Shown one piece after another: positions 35,275 to 45,353 of a stretch of 64,000 bases of DNA. Source of the stretch: Candidatus Thermosaccharophagus yellowstonensis. GTDB taxonomy: Bacteria > Armatimonadota > Fervidibacteria > Fervidibacterales > Thermosaccharophagaceae. The notes beneath the pieces were generated by a model, which was not told where the DNA came from, did not search any database, and saw nothing but the letters and a program-made list of their open reading frames with translations. Every line of letters begins with the position of its first letter. Position 1 is the first letter of the stretch. The stretch lies in assembly GCA_041537945.1 (NCBI GenBank), contig JBGOEK010000002.1:46005-110004 (forward strand), written 5' to 3'. A program made the translations under genes and the position numbers.

Positions 35275-37238
35275 CACTTCCTGAGCTTGCACCAGATGAG
35301 GTTTTCATCAACCTGCCAATGAGTGTCAAAGAAGCCGCCACATACAATTTCGTTTGCACCATCTGTTTCATGGTCTTCGGTGAAGATGACGAAATCTGGT
35401 AGCGTATCAAATTTGTGGTTGATCGGCAAGCCACTCCCCCAAAGCACGCCATCGTAGATGACGACATAACGGCTTTGGTTGAGAGGGTTTGGATAGACCA
35501 AGACGATGCCGACTTCCTTACCGAGCGTTTTCCTTGTCACCTCGTGCTTGCCTACGCGATAACCTCCGTCAAGGAATTGCACTGGTAGTTTGTCTGCGAT
35601 GAGCCTCACGAAGCTGTTTTCGTTTGGTCCACCGACTGCGATTATGTTGTAGCGCTTGATTTGTTCCTCGGTGACATCACGATCTCTTATGACCTTCGCA
35701 ACGCCGTCGGAGAACTCAACCCATTCATCGGCAAGCTGTTTCGCTTTCGCCTCACACTCGCCTGCCCCATCGTTCGTGCCGTAGGCTATGATGAAATTGC
35801 TCATGTAGGCATGCCAGACAGGTCCGCAGAGGTTGTGCACTTTTGCTAACTCACCCGCCTGTTGGCTTCCACCGTAGGTTACGATGGTCGGCTTCTCCAA
35901 ATCGCCTTTCATGATGGACGCACCGTTGACGATGACATTCACCTTCTTTGCTGGGGCTACAAGCTCGGGACGAATATCGAGTGTAAGCCTTGCCACATTG
36001 CTTGTGTTCACGAACACCCTCCCATCAGCAAGCACAGATGCTCGGACGGTTGCACGCTTGCACCACTCTTTGAGCTGATGGATTGTTATCCAGTAGGCTT
36101 GATTGTAAGCCGTTGTGAATGTGTGATACACAACCCTCTTGGGGAACGGTTGGCGTCTCTTCCCCTCAAACCAACTGAACACCTTCTCAAAGAGCGCGCT
36201 GTCAAAGTAGATCCAGTGCGACTCCTTCCTCAGTATCTCAACTCTAACAGGGCAACCGAAGCTTGCGAGGCGCTTCGACATAAGGAAAGCGTTGGCGACG
36301 GGAACAAGCAAATCCTCCTCGCCGTGCATTATGAGTATCGGCAGGTTGATTGCGTTCTCGGCGAGCATGTATGGGTTCTCAGCCATGAGCACGAAAGCCC
36401 TCGGTGGCACGAGCGTCGTTTGATCAAGTTCGCCCCAAAGGAAGTGGTAGCGCCTCGCAGCTATCGCAGCTACGGCTGCAAATTTGTGCGGGTGATGCAA
36501 AGCTATGATGTATGCTCCATACCCTCCCATCGAGACACCAAGTAGGAACACCCTATCCTCATCGACGCTGTAATGCGCCATCGTCCTCTCAAGCGCTATG
36601 AGCACATCCTGTTCGCCTATGTTGATGAAGTCCGTGTTCTTTCTCCCGTGAGGTTGGAGGATGATGAAGTTGTGCTTGTCAGCGATGCGGTAGACATCCT
36701 CGGTGAGAAGCCAAGGGTTAGCCTTGTTTATCGATGGGTCATAGCCGTGAAGGAAAACGACGAGCGGGTGTTTTGAAGTCGGCTTATACCCCTTTGGCAC
36801 ATAGACCCAGTATGGCTGAGCCGAGCAGTCAGCGGGTGAGAAGTAAGCCCTCTCAACCAAGCCAGAAGCATCCTTCAATATGTCCCTCTTAGCTTCCCAT
36901 GCATTTAAAGTGAGCTCTGCTTCGTCAAGCGCTTTTGATATCTCGCCTTCGCTCCACCACCATGAGCGTGACTCGAGCATCAACCTCGCCTTGTCAAGCT
37001 TCAAGCGTGCGAGCGCACCCATCTCAATGAGATTCTCGTCACCAGTGAATGCCCGCTCAAGTTTCTCATATCTCGCTTCTAACATCTGCAAGCGCTCTTT
37101 CAATGTCACAGGAGATAGCATAACCCTTCTCGGGGATAGCGCATGGACGATACACATGGCGCAAGACAGCGCTACGAAGATGCATCCCAGAATCACTCCG
37201 AGCATCCTCAGCCTTTTAGCATTAGCATGATCAGCCAT
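35244..37238 (-). CDS. Membrane-anchored alpha/beta-hydrolase (esterase/S9-peptidase-like) with coiled-coil N-region and extra C-terminal domain
   Basis: TM segment (LGVILGCIFVALSCAMCIV), HPLVVFLHGY, the nucleophile elbow LLGVSMGGYGAY, and PILIMHGEEDLLVP. About 270 further residues have no recognised family. It overlaps the convergent deacetylase gene by 31 nt. Confidence 0.7.
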   Translation of the reverse strand: MADHANAKRLRMLGVILGCIFVALSCAMCIVHALSPRRVMLSPVTLKERLQMLEARYEKLERAFTGDENLIEMGALARLKLDKARLMLESRSWWWSEGEISKALDEAELTLNAWEAKRDILKDASGLVERAYFSPADCSAQPYWVYVPKGYKPTSKHPLVVFLHGYDPSINKANPWLLTEDVYRIADKHNFIILQPHGRKNTDFINIGEQDVLIALERTMAHYSVDEDRVFLLGVSMGGYGAYIIALHHPHKFAAVAAIAARRYHFLWGELDQTTLVPPRAFVLMAENPYMLAENAINLPILIMHGEEDLLVPVANAFLMSKRLASFGCPVRVEILRKESHWIYFDSALFEKVFSWFEGKRRQPFPKRVVYHTFTTAYNQAYWITIHQLKEWCKRATVRASVLADGRVFVNTSNVARLTLDIRPELVAPAKKVNVIVNGASIMKGDLEKPTIVTYGGSQQAGELAKVHNLCGPVWHAYMSNFIIAYGTNDGAGECEAKAKQLADEWVEFSDGVAKVIRDRDVTEEQIKRYNIIAVGGPNENSFVRLIADKLPVQFLDGGYRVGKHEVTRKTLGKEVGIVLVYPNPLNQSRYVVIYDGVLWGSGLPINHKFDTLPDFVIFTEDHETDGANEIVCGGFFDTHWQVDENLIWCKLRKCQGKLLQTAP

Positions 37239-37263
37239 GCGCCAAACACCTCTCCAACTCCGT

Positions 37264-38013
37264 TCACATATTCAAACCACCGTCAATGACGAACACCTGC
37301 CCTGTGATGTAACCAGCGAGTTCGGAACATAGGAAGGCAACCAAGTGAGCAACTTCTTCTGGGCGTGCGAAGCGCCTCATCGGAATGAGTTCAAGCATGG
37401 CTTTCTTTTTCTCCTCAGGGAGATGAGCTATCATTTCGGTTTCAACAACTCCCGGGGCAACTGCGTTTACAGTTATGCCAGACCTTGCCACTTCTCTCGC
37501 CACAGCCTTTGTGAAGCCTATGATGCCCGCCTTCGCTGCACAGTAATGAGCGCGCAGTGTGTCACCCATCAAACCAGCATCCGAGGAGATGTTTATTATG
37601 CGTCCCCACCTGTTCTTCACCATGTTTTTTATGACGGCTTTCGTGCAAATGAAAGCTCCCTTGAGCGATGTATCAACGACCTCATCCCACTCTCTCTCAC
37701 TTATCAGCGCCAAAAGGTTCTCCCTGAGGATGCCAGCGTTGTTGACGAGTATGTCGATCCTGCCCCACCTATCAACAACTCTTGAAACCATGTCTTTGAC
37801 CTGATTGGCATCTCTCACATCAGCTTGAACAGCAATGGCTTGTCCACCAATCGCCTCAATCCTCTCGACAACCTTCATAGCGCCATCCGCATCCTGCCTG
37901 TAGTTGACAGCAACTGAAGCGCCTTCACTCGCCAAGCGCATCGCTATGGCAGCCCCGATGCCTCTTGAAGCACCCGTAACAAGAGCAACCTTCCCATGAA
38001 GCTCGCCTCGCAT
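37264..38013 (-). CDS. fabG: 3-oxoacyl-[acyl-carrier-protein] reductase (SDR family)
   Basis: GKVALVTGASRGIGAAIAMRLASEGASV, NNAG, and YCAAKAGIIGFTKAVAREVA. It is adjacent to acpS. Confidence 0.88.
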   Translation of the reverse strand: MRGELHGKVALVTGASRGIGAAIAMRLASEGASVAVNYRQDADGAMKVVERIEAIGGQAIAVQADVRDANQVKDMVSRVVDRWGRIDILVNNAGILRENLLALISEREWDEVVDTSLKGAFICTKAVIKNMVKNRWGRIINISSDAGLMGDTLRAHYCAAKAGIIGFTKAVAREVARSGITVNAVAPGVVETEMIAHLPEEKKKAMLELIPMRRFARPEEVAHLVAFLCSELAGYITGQVFVIDGGLNM

Positions 38014-38034
38014 CCTTCACCTTCACCTCCAACT

Positions 38035-38415
38035 TCAACCTTCAAGCACAGCTACAGCTACAGCGATATTTTGAGTGTGCGAAAGCGATATCCATACTCT
38101 CTCGACACCCTTCTCGAAAGCCAACTTGGCAGCCATCCCTTGCAACCTCACCTTCGGAACACCGTTCGCCTCACGAACTACATAAATGTCGCTCCACCTA
38201 ACTCCCATGCCGAAACCTGTCCCTAACGCCTTTGCCACTGCCTCTCTCACTGCGTAGCGCACAGCGAGATGTTGCTCTGGATTTGGTTGCCTCATGCAGT
38301 ATCCAATCTCTTCTGGTTGGAAAACCTTGCTAAGGAAACGGTTGCCATAGCGCTCAAGCAAAACCTTTATTCGTTCAACTTCAACTGCATCAATGCCGAT
38401 ACCGAGTATCGGCAT
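38035..38415 (-). CDS. acpS: Holo-[acyl-carrier-protein] synthase
   Basis: MPILGIGIDAVEVERIK...RFLSKVFQPEEI...FAVREAVAKALG...ISLSH. The ATG at 38415 follows GGAGGTGA; the track ORF extends to 38466. Confidence 0.88.
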   Translation of the reverse strand: MPILGIGIDAVEVERIKVLLERYGNRFLSKVFQPEEIGYCMRQPNPEQHLAVRYAVREAVAKALGTGFGMGVRWSDIYVVREANGVPKVRLQGMAAKLAFEKGVERVWISLSHTQNIAVAVAVLEG

Positions 38416-38476
38416 GAAGATCACCTCCGCAACTTGGCTTGATGTAGGGCTTGCAGAGGCACACAAGTTGGCGCTT

Positions 38477-39766
38477 CTACGACACCGAGGTGAGTATGTC
38501 CGCTATTGCTTCGGCGTTCCTCTCCTCAAGCGGACCAACGATGCTAACTGCCATCCTGTCACGCGTGAACAATTCGTTTGCGATAGCCATCACATCATCA
38601 ACCGCCACTGAGTTAACCTGCGAGAGCAGGTCTTCCATCGCCAAGAGCCTGTCAAAGTATATGAGCTGTCTGCCAGCTTGAAGCATTAGCCCTGTAACGC
38701 TCTCAAGCGACATTAGCATTGATGAACGCAACTGTCTCTTCGCCCTCTCAAGCTCCTTCTCACCTACACCATGCTTGAGCAACTTGTTGATTTCTTTGTT
38801 CAACTCCTCGGCAGCTCTCTTCACATTCTTGCTTGCGCAGTTGAAAGAGATCGCAAGGAAGCCAGCGTTCTTCATCCCAACGCTCATCGTCCCGATGGAA
38901 TAAGTCAATCCGAGCTTTTCCCTGATTGATTGGAAGAGCCTTGAGCTCGCGTTGCCTCCAAGCATGAGGTCAAGCAGGACCATACAAATGAACTGCTTCC
39001 TCTCCCTCTGCGAGAACCCATGTGAACCAACGCACACATAAGCCTGCCCTATATCCCTCATCACAGCCTTCAAGTTTGGTTTAGGCTTAGGTGGTTTGAG
39101 CTTCACGCGCATCGCCTTCCCGTTAAATGCCTTGAAAGCCTTTTGCAACTCATCAACGAAACGCTCGTGTTCCAAGCAACCAGAGGCAGTCACAACTGCA
39201 TTGTCTGGAGCGTAGAAACGCTTCATGAATGACTTAACCGATTTTGTCGTGAACGACTTAACTGTCTCTGGCTTCCCGAGGACCGGTCTTGCAAGAGGGT
39301 GAGCATCCCAAAGCGCTTCCAAGAGCAACTCTTGAACGAGTTCCTCTGGCGTATCATTCACCTCTGTTATCTCAGAGAGCACTACCTCCTGCTCAACCTT
39401 CACCTCTTTCGGGTTTATAGCGGGTTCGGTGACAAGCTCAGCCATAAGCGAAAGTATCTTGCTCAAGCCCTCAGGCAACACCCGTGCGTAATAGCATGTC
39501 ATCTCCTTCTCAGTGAACGCTTCAAGGTATGCTCCGAGTTCGTCCACAACTTGAGCGATCCTCCTGCCAGTGTGCTTTTTTGTGCCTTTGAAAAGGAGGT
39601 GCTCCGTAAAATGCGCAATACCAAGCTCATCCTCGTTCTCGTGAGCAGTTCCAACTTTAAACCACAGCCCAACAGCAATGCTCTTAGCCCAAGGCAGTCC
39701 TACGGTCACAACTTTCATGCCGTTGCTCAGCGTGCAAGATGCAACCTTCATGGCATGCACCACCAC
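38477..39766 (-). CDS. M16-family (pitrilysin-like) zinc peptidase
   Basis: HxxEH inverted zincin motif in GIAHFTEHLLFKGT. N-terminal LSNGMKVVTV and the length of about 425 aa are typical. The start is ambiguous within 39751-39766 (three GTGs and an ATG after GAAGGAG). Confidence 0.85.
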   Translation of the reverse strand: MVVHAMKVASCTLSNGMKVVTVGLPWAKSIAVGLWFKVGTAHENEDELGIAHFTEHLLFKGTKKHTGRRIAQVVDELGAYLEAFTEKEMTCYYARVLPEGLSKILSLMAELVTEPAINPKEVKVEQEVVLSEITEVNDTPEELVQELLLEALWDAHPLARPVLGKPETVKSFTTKSVKSFMKRFYAPDNAVVTASGCLEHERFVDELQKAFKAFNGKAMRVKLKPPKPKPNLKAVMRDIGQAYVCVGSHGFSQRERKQFICMVLLDLMLGGNASSRLFQSIREKLGLTYSIGTMSVGMKNAGFLAISFNCASKNVKRAAEELNKEINKLLKHGVGEKELERAKRQLRSSMLMSLESVTGLMLQAGRQLIYFDRLLAMEDLLSQVNSVAVDDVMAIANELFTRDRMAVSIVGPLEERNAEAIADILTSVS

Positions 39767-39961
39767 TCCTTCACTTCATCTAAAAGCGCAAAGCCAAAAA
39801 TGCATTATACCTGAGGCAGACTCACATGCTAAAGCGTCGGCTCCCATGTTTTTAATCATGCAGGCAGTCGGTGAGTGGTTATGCGCTAAAATGTTGACGC
39901 AGAGGTTTAACAGTCCCAACCTGCAAAGACCTCATCGTCATCCCGAGGGGCGTGAAAGGAC

Positions 39962-41401
39962 ATGGAGGAATTTGCCAAGAGGGTGCTCTCACTGTGCTCG
40001 GTTGACGGTGTGACATACGCTGATGTGCGAATCGTTGAGACATATACCGAGGAACTCTTCGTGAAGAACGGACAGCCAGAGACTGTCGTATCAAATCACA
40101 GCATGGGTTTTGGTGTGCGCCTCATATGCAACGGTGCATGGGGATTTGCGAGTAGCTCGGTTTTGAGCGATGAGGAAGCCGAGAGGGTCGCCAAAAACGC
40201 GGTTGAGATAGCACGCACAAGCGCCATGCATAAAATGAGAGAAGTTTCCCTTGCGCCTGTAGAGCCAGTGAGGGCGAGTTGGAAGACCACTTGCCGTATA
40301 AACCCGTTTGATGTGCCAATTGATGAGCGTCTCCGTTTGCTCATGCGCGCAGATGAGCTGATGCGCTCTGTTGATGGGATACAGTTGAGCGAAGCAAGCA
40401 TGACCATTTGGAGACAATGGAAACTCTTCGCAAGCACTGAGGGCTCAATCATTGAACAAGAGCGCATAGAGGTTGGAGCTGGCATAAGCGCAACCGCCGT
40501 TAGAGGTGAAGATGTCCAGCGCCGTTCATATCCAGCTGCACATGGCGGTAACTTCTCCGCTTCTGGCTATGAGTTCATTCTCTCACTCAACCTCGAAGAG
40601 CATGCGAGACGAATAGCGCTTGAAGCAGTTCAGCTACTTGATGCCGAGCCATGTCCGTCAACGGTCACAACGGTCATCTTGGGCTCAAATCAAATGGCAC
40701 TGCAAATCCACGAGTCATGTGGGCATCCGACGGAGCTTGATAGAGTTCTTGGGACGGAGGCAAGCTTCGCTGGCACGAGCTTCCTAACCCCAGATAAGCT
40801 TGGAAATTTCGAATACGGCTCACCGCTTGTCAACATAGTCGCAGATGCAACAATTGAAGGGGCGCTCGGAAGCTTCGCATACGATGACGAAGGAGTTGAA
40901 GCACAACGCTTCCATTTGGTCAAGGACGGCATATTCGTAGGCTATCTCACATCCAGAGAGAGCGCTCCGCTCATAGGCATGGAGAGGAGCAACGGCACTA
41001 TGCGAGCCGAGAACTACAACGCCATCCCGCTCATCAGGATGACGAACATCAACTTGGAGCCGGGCGACTGTAGCCTTGAGGAAATGATAAATGATGTTAC
41101 GGAGGGCATCTTCATGGACACCAACAAAAGTTGGAGCATTGATGACAAGCGCCTTAACTTCCAGTTCGGATGCGAGATCGGTTGGTTGATAGAAAGAGGT
41201 AAGCTCACCAAGATGGTCAAGAACCCGACATACACAGGGATCACATATGAGTTCTGGAGGAACTGCGATGCTATCGGGAAAGAGTGGGAGTTGTGGGGAT
41301 TGCCAAACTGCGGCAAGGGTGAGCCAATGCAAACTATGCATGTCGGACATGGAGTCCCGCCGGCGCGTTTCCGCAATGTGCGTGTGGGCTTGATGAGGTA
41401 A
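39962..41401 (+). CDS. tldD: TldD/PmbA-family metallopeptidase
   Basis: GFGVRLICNGAWGFASS, HESCGHPTELD (HExxxH-like metal site of TldD), and the C-terminal GxC...GKG region LPNCGKGEP. No pmbA partner lies adjacent. Confidence 0.85.
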   Translation: MEEFAKRVLSLCSVDGVTYADVRIVETYTEELFVKNGQPETVVSNHSMGFGVRLICNGAWGFASSSVLSDEEAERVAKNAVEIARTSAMHKMREVSLAPVEPVRASWKTTCRINPFDVPIDERLRLLMRADELMRSVDGIQLSEASMTIWRQWKLFASTEGSIIEQERIEVGAGISATAVRGEDVQRRSYPAAHGGNFSASGYEFILSLNLEEHARRIALEAVQLLDAEPCPSTVTTVILGSNQMALQIHESCGHPTELDRVLGTEASFAGTSFLTPDKLGNFEYGSPLVNIVADATIEGALGSFAYDDEGVEAQRFHLVKDGIFVGYLTSRESAPLIGMERSNGTMRAENYNAIPLIRMTNINLEPGDCSLEEMINDVTEGIFMDTNKSWSIDDKRLNFQFGCEIGWLIERGKLTKMVKNPTYTGITYEFWRNCDAIGKEWELWGLPNCGKGEPMQTMHVGHGVPPARFRNVRVGLMR

Positions 41402-41414
41402 GTAGGGATGGGCG

Positions 41415-42737
41415 ATGTTGCAAACAAAGGTCGGCAATGCAAGCGGTGCATCGGATAGCTTACTTAAGCTCTCTGACGATGAGTTTGAGCTACTCCTTGA
41501 TTGTGTTCGTTGTGGCTTCTGCTTGGTTTCATGCCCTGTGTTCACCCAAACATTTGATGAGGTTGACTCACCGAGGGGAAGAATACACATCTTGCGAGCG
41601 CTCGCCGAGGGAAGAGTTAGCGTAACGCAAACACTGCTAAACCATCTTTACTCATGCTTGGCATGCAGAGCTTGTCAGGCAACATGCCCATCTGGTGTCA
41701 GATACGGTTTCATAAATGATATCGCAAGAGCGAAGCTCGAGCGCAAAGGCTTTGGGGTAACCAAACGGAACAAACTGCTGAGGCTACTCATAAGGCATGT
41801 CTTCCCGCACAGGAAGCGCTTTGAACTGCTCGTCAGGTTCATTGAGGCATGCAGGGGGGTCGGTCTCATCAGCATCGCAAAGCGCTTTGAAAATTTTTCT
41901 CAAGGATTGCGCCGATGGCTCCAGCTCGAAGAGATGCTCCCAAACACTCGTGTGAGGAGAGCCTTCTACGATGGTCGCACTGCAATAAAGCCGAAGCAAA
42001 AAACGAGGATGAGAGTTGGCTTTCATCTTGGCTGTGCCTCAGAAGTCCTGTTGAAGGATGTCAATGAAGCGAGCATAAAAGTGCTCTTGGAATTGGGGTG
42101 CGAGGTCATCATACCTGAAGGACAAACCTGTTGTGGTGCGATAGCTATGCACACCGGCTTTGACGAAGATGCAAAGTGGTTTGCCAAGCGCAACATCGAA
42201 GCGTTTGAGCGCTACGATGTCGATGTTATCGTCTCAAACGCTGCTGGATGCAGTGCTGCGTTGAAGGAGTATGCGCAATGGCTAAATGACGACGAAGCAT
42301 TCAGAGAGCGCGCAGTAAAGTTTTCACGGCTTGTGCGTGACTGGACTGAGGTTGTTGCTCAACTTCCATTTCGTGAGCACATGAAGCCATTGCAGTTGCG
42401 CGTTACATACGATGATCCATGCCACCTGCTCCATGCGCAAGGGATAAGAGAGCAACCTCGGAAATTGATAAGGGCGATACCGTCAATCGATTTCGTAGAA
42501 CTTCGTGAAGCTGAGATGTGTTGCGGTGGGGCTGGCGTTCATGGCATGCTTTTTACAGAGCTGTCAACGGAGCTACTTGAGCGCAAGCTCAAAAACATCA
42601 AAGAGACATGTGCACAAGTCGTTGTGACAGCAAACACAGGTTGCAAGCTACAGCTTCAATACGGCATCAAAAAGCAGGGTCTCGATGTGAAGGTGATGCA
42701 CATAGCTGAGTTGATCGCTTTATCCTTCGGAGTCTGA
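41415..42737 (+). CDS. (Fe-S)-binding protein with two CCG domains (GlcF / heterodisulfide-reductase-D-like)
   Basis: CVRCGFCLVSCPVF and CLACRACQATCPSGV, followed by two Cys-rich CCG motifs (GQTCCGAIAMH, AEMCCGGAGVHG). Confidence 0.8.
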   Translation: MLQTKVGNASGASDSLLKLSDDEFELLLDCVRCGFCLVSCPVFTQTFDEVDSPRGRIHILRALAEGRVSVTQTLLNHLYSCLACRACQATCPSGVRYGFINDIARAKLERKGFGVTKRNKLLRLLIRHVFPHRKRFELLVRFIEACRGVGLISIAKRFENFSQGLRRWLQLEEMLPNTRVRRAFYDGRTAIKPKQKTRMRVGFHLGCASEVLLKDVNEASIKVLLELGCEVIIPEGQTCCGAIAMHTGFDEDAKWFAKRNIEAFERYDVDVIVSNAAGCSAALKEYAQWLNDDEAFRERAVKFSRLVRDWTEVVAQLPFREHMKPLQLRVTYDDPCHLLHAQGIREQPRKLIRAIPSIDFVELREAEMCCGGAGVHGMLFTELSTELLERKLKNIKETCAQVVVTANTGCKLQLQYGIKKQGLDVKVMHIAELIALSFGV

Positions 42738-42746
42738 AGGCGGTGG

Positions 42747-44417
42747 TTGTTTGTGATTTATGAGCGGAAGCCTTGGCTCAAGAAGTATCCGAAGGGTGTG
42801 CCGGCATCTTTGGAATATCCCGAAGTCGCGCTTGACTCAATCCTGAGCGATGCCTCAAAGCGTTTCCCAAAGAGAGCTTCGACTGTCTTCTACGGTGCGA
42901 GGATAGATTACGAAGAGCTTGATAAGCTGGTTACAAGTTTTTCGGTTGCGATTCAAAAGCTTGAGGGCTGTGTTGGTGAGCGGATCGCTTTGATGCTACC
43001 CAATTGCCCACAGTTCATCATAGCCTACTACGGCATAGTGAGGGCTGGATGCTCGGCTGTCCTCCTAAATCCGCTCATGACCGAGTTCGAGCTCTCCGAA
43101 CTCCTAAAAGATTCAGGCGCATATGTGCTCATAACGCTTGATGCGCTTATGGAGAAAGCGAGCAAGGCGTTGAGTGGCACACGGATAAAACATGTCATCT
43201 TCACATCGCTTGCTGGCTATGTGCCGATATGGATGAGCCTACCAGTATGGCTGAAGACGCGCCCGAAGGGTAGAGTTGAACTGCCAAGCGACATCGCTGT
43301 TCACTCGTTTGAGCAGATGCTGAAAGTGAGTGGCAAACCGACGGCACACGCTGTTAACCCGCGTGAGGATGTGGCTGTATTTCAATACACTGGCGGAACG
43401 ACTGGTTTGCCGAAAGCAGCGATGTTAACGCATTTCAACCTTATCGCAAACGCACACCAATGCAACGCATGGGCTACGGAACTCAAAGATGGCGAAGAGA
43501 TCTTCCTCTGCGTCTTGCCCTTCTTCCACTCATACGGCATGACGGCGTGCATGAACTTTGGGATACTCAAGGGCGCAACTTTGATTCTAACGCCGAGGTT
43601 CGATGTTGCGGAGGTCGTAAAACTCATCTCAAGGTATCGTGTCACCGTCTTCATAGGTGTCCCAAGCATGTATGGTGTGGTCAGTTACTATGCTCAGAAG
43701 AGCAAGATTGACATCACATCGATAAAAGCGTGCGTAAGCGGTGGCGCACCGTTGCCAGAGCGCGTCGCCACCGAGTTTGAGCGCATCACAGGTGGCAGGT
43801 TGGTTGAGGGCTACGGGTTAACCGAGGCTTCGCCCATAACTCACATCAATCCAATCTGGGGAGGGGAAGCGAAGGTTGGTAGCATAGGCTTGCCCATACC
43901 TGACACAGAGTGCAGGATTGTCGACTTGGAGGCTGGCACAAAGGATGTGGATGTGAATGAGGTTGGCGAGCTCGTCGTAAAGGGTCCGCAAGTGATGAAG
44001 GGTTATTGGAACAGACCCGAAGAGACAGCTCAAGCCCTTCGTGGCGGGTGGCTTTATACTGGCGACATAGCGAAGATGGATGAGGATGGCTACTTCTACA
44101 TCGTTGACCGAAAGAAAGACCTCATCATCGTCGATGGGTTCAATGTCTACCCGAGGGAAGTTGAAGAGGTTCTATACAGCCACCCGAAAGTGAAGGAAGC
44201 TGCAGTTGTCGGCGAACGCCACCCAGTTCGTGGTGAGATTGTGAAGGCTTATGTTGTTTTGCGTGAGGGTTGCGAAGCATCAAGCGTTGAGATAATCGAG
44301 TTCTGCCGTGAGAGGCTCTCACCTCATAAGGTTCCGAGAGCTGTTGAGTTCGTGAGCGAACTGCCGAAGTCAAGCATCGGGAAAGTGCTTCGTAGAAAGC
44401 TAAAGGAAGCATCCTGA
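42747..44417 (+). CDS. fadD: Long-chain-fatty-acid--CoA ligase (AMP-binding enzyme family)
   Basis: FQYTGGTTGLPKAAMLTHFNL, EGYGLTEASP, WLYTGDIAKMDEDGYFYIVDRKKDLII and LPKSSIGKVLRRKL. Confidence 0.85.
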   Translation: MFVIYERKPWLKKYPKGVPASLEYPEVALDSILSDASKRFPKRASTVFYGARIDYEELDKLVTSFSVAIQKLEGCVGERIALMLPNCPQFIIAYYGIVRAGCSAVLLNPLMTEFELSELLKDSGAYVLITLDALMEKASKALSGTRIKHVIFTSLAGYVPIWMSLPVWLKTRPKGRVELPSDIAVHSFEQMLKVSGKPTAHAVNPREDVAVFQYTGGTTGLPKAAMLTHFNLIANAHQCNAWATELKDGEEIFLCVLPFFHSYGMTACMNFGILKGATLILTPRFDVAEVVKLISRYRVTVFIGVPSMYGVVSYYAQKSKIDITSIKACVSGGAPLPERVATEFERITGGRLVEGYGLTEASPITHINPIWGGEAKVGSIGLPIPDTECRIVDLEAGTKDVDVNEVGELVVKGPQVMKGYWNRPEETAQALRGGWLYTGDIAKMDEDGYFYIVDRKKDLIIVDGFNVYPREVEEVLYSHPKVKEAAVVGERHPVRGEIVKAYVVLREGCEASSVEIIEFCRERLSPHKVPRAVEFVSELPKSSIGKVLRRKLKEAS

Positions 44418-44418
44418 G

Positions 44419-45336
44419 TTGCATGTTTATAGCGATCATGGTATAGCGGTGGTTACAGTGCGAAGGTTGAAAGTGCTTGTGACTGGAGCATCTGGGCAAC
44501 TTGGGAGTGACCTCGTCGAGAAGCTTTCAAAGCGCTCGCACGATGTTGTCGCGATGAACCGCTCACAACTCGATATCACAAACAGTGAAGCTGTCTCAGA
44601 GGCGATAAAACATCATCGCCCCGATGTGCTCATAAACTGTGCCGCGATGGTGAATGTGGATTCGTGCGAGATTGATATTGAAGCTGCGTTTAAAGTGAAC
44701 GCCCTCCCGCTCTGGCAAATGGCGCTCGTATGTAACAGGGTCAAAACGAAGCTCGTGCAGATAAGCACCGACTATGTGTTTGATGGTCGCAAAGGCTCTC
44801 CTTACAACGAGCTTGATCAACCGAACCCGATAAACATTTACGGCATGACGAAGTTGATCGGCGAGCTGTTTGTGCGAAACTATTGCGAGAGGCACATTAT
44901 CGTGCGCACAGCAGGTCTTTATGGAGTTCATGGCAGTAGGGCGAAGAGAGGCAACTTCGTTGAGTTTGTCATCACCGCTGCGATGCGAGGCGAACCATTG
45001 CATGTTGTGACGGACATAGTCACAAGCCCAACATTCACCGCTGATCTGGCGGAGAAGCTATGCGAGCTTATAGAGGCGGATGCTGAGGGAGTCATCCATG
45101 TGGTAAATTCGGGCAAGTGCAGTTGGCATGAGTTCGCCACCTATGTGCTTCAGCTCGCTGGCTTGAGCGCTGAGGTTATGCCAATCTCATCTGAAGAGCT
45201 TAGCAGACCAGCGAGGCGTCCAAAATTTACAGCGCTTGAAAGCGTGAGATTAAGCGAGTTCAATGTCAAGCCACTAAGATGGTGGGGCGAAGCGATCCGT
45301 GACTACTTGATGATGAAAGGGATCTTGAAAAGCTGA
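44419..45336 (+). CDS. rmlD: dTDP-4-dehydrorhamnose reductase
   Basis: LKVLVTGASGQLGSDL, DITNSEAVSEAIKHHRPDVLINCAAMVNVDSCE, ISTDYVFDG and YGMTKLIGE. The true start is more likely GTG 44458 or TTG 44467 (RmlD proteins usually begin just before the GxxGxxG) than TTG 44419. Confidence 0.85.
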   Translation: MHVYSDHGIAVVTVRRLKVLVTGASGQLGSDLVEKLSKRSHDVVAMNRSQLDITNSEAVSEAIKHHRPDVLINCAAMVNVDSCEIDIEAAFKVNALPLWQMALVCNRVKTKLVQISTDYVFDGRKGSPYNELDQPNPINIYGMTKLIGELFVRNYCERHIIVRTAGLYGVHGSRAKRGNFVEFVITAAMRGEPLHVVTDIVTSPTFTADLAEKLCELIEADAEGVIHVVNSGKCSWHEFATYVLQLAGLSAEVMPISSEELSRPARRPKFTALESVRLSEFNVKPLRWWGEAIRDYLMMKGILKS

Positions 45337-45353
45337 CGAAGAGGTGAACTGCG

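Noticed and set aside
35862-36545. 227-aa plus-strand ORF inside the alpha/beta-hydrolase gene. Similar large antisense ORFs occur at 50970-51629 (+), 40820-41590 (-), 29449-30042 (-), 1119-1697 (-), 1928-2596 (-), 22685-23257 (-) and 56894-57514 (-).
   Set aside because: Each lies fully opposite a gene with strong family motifs and shows skewed, motif-free composition typical of shadow ORFs.
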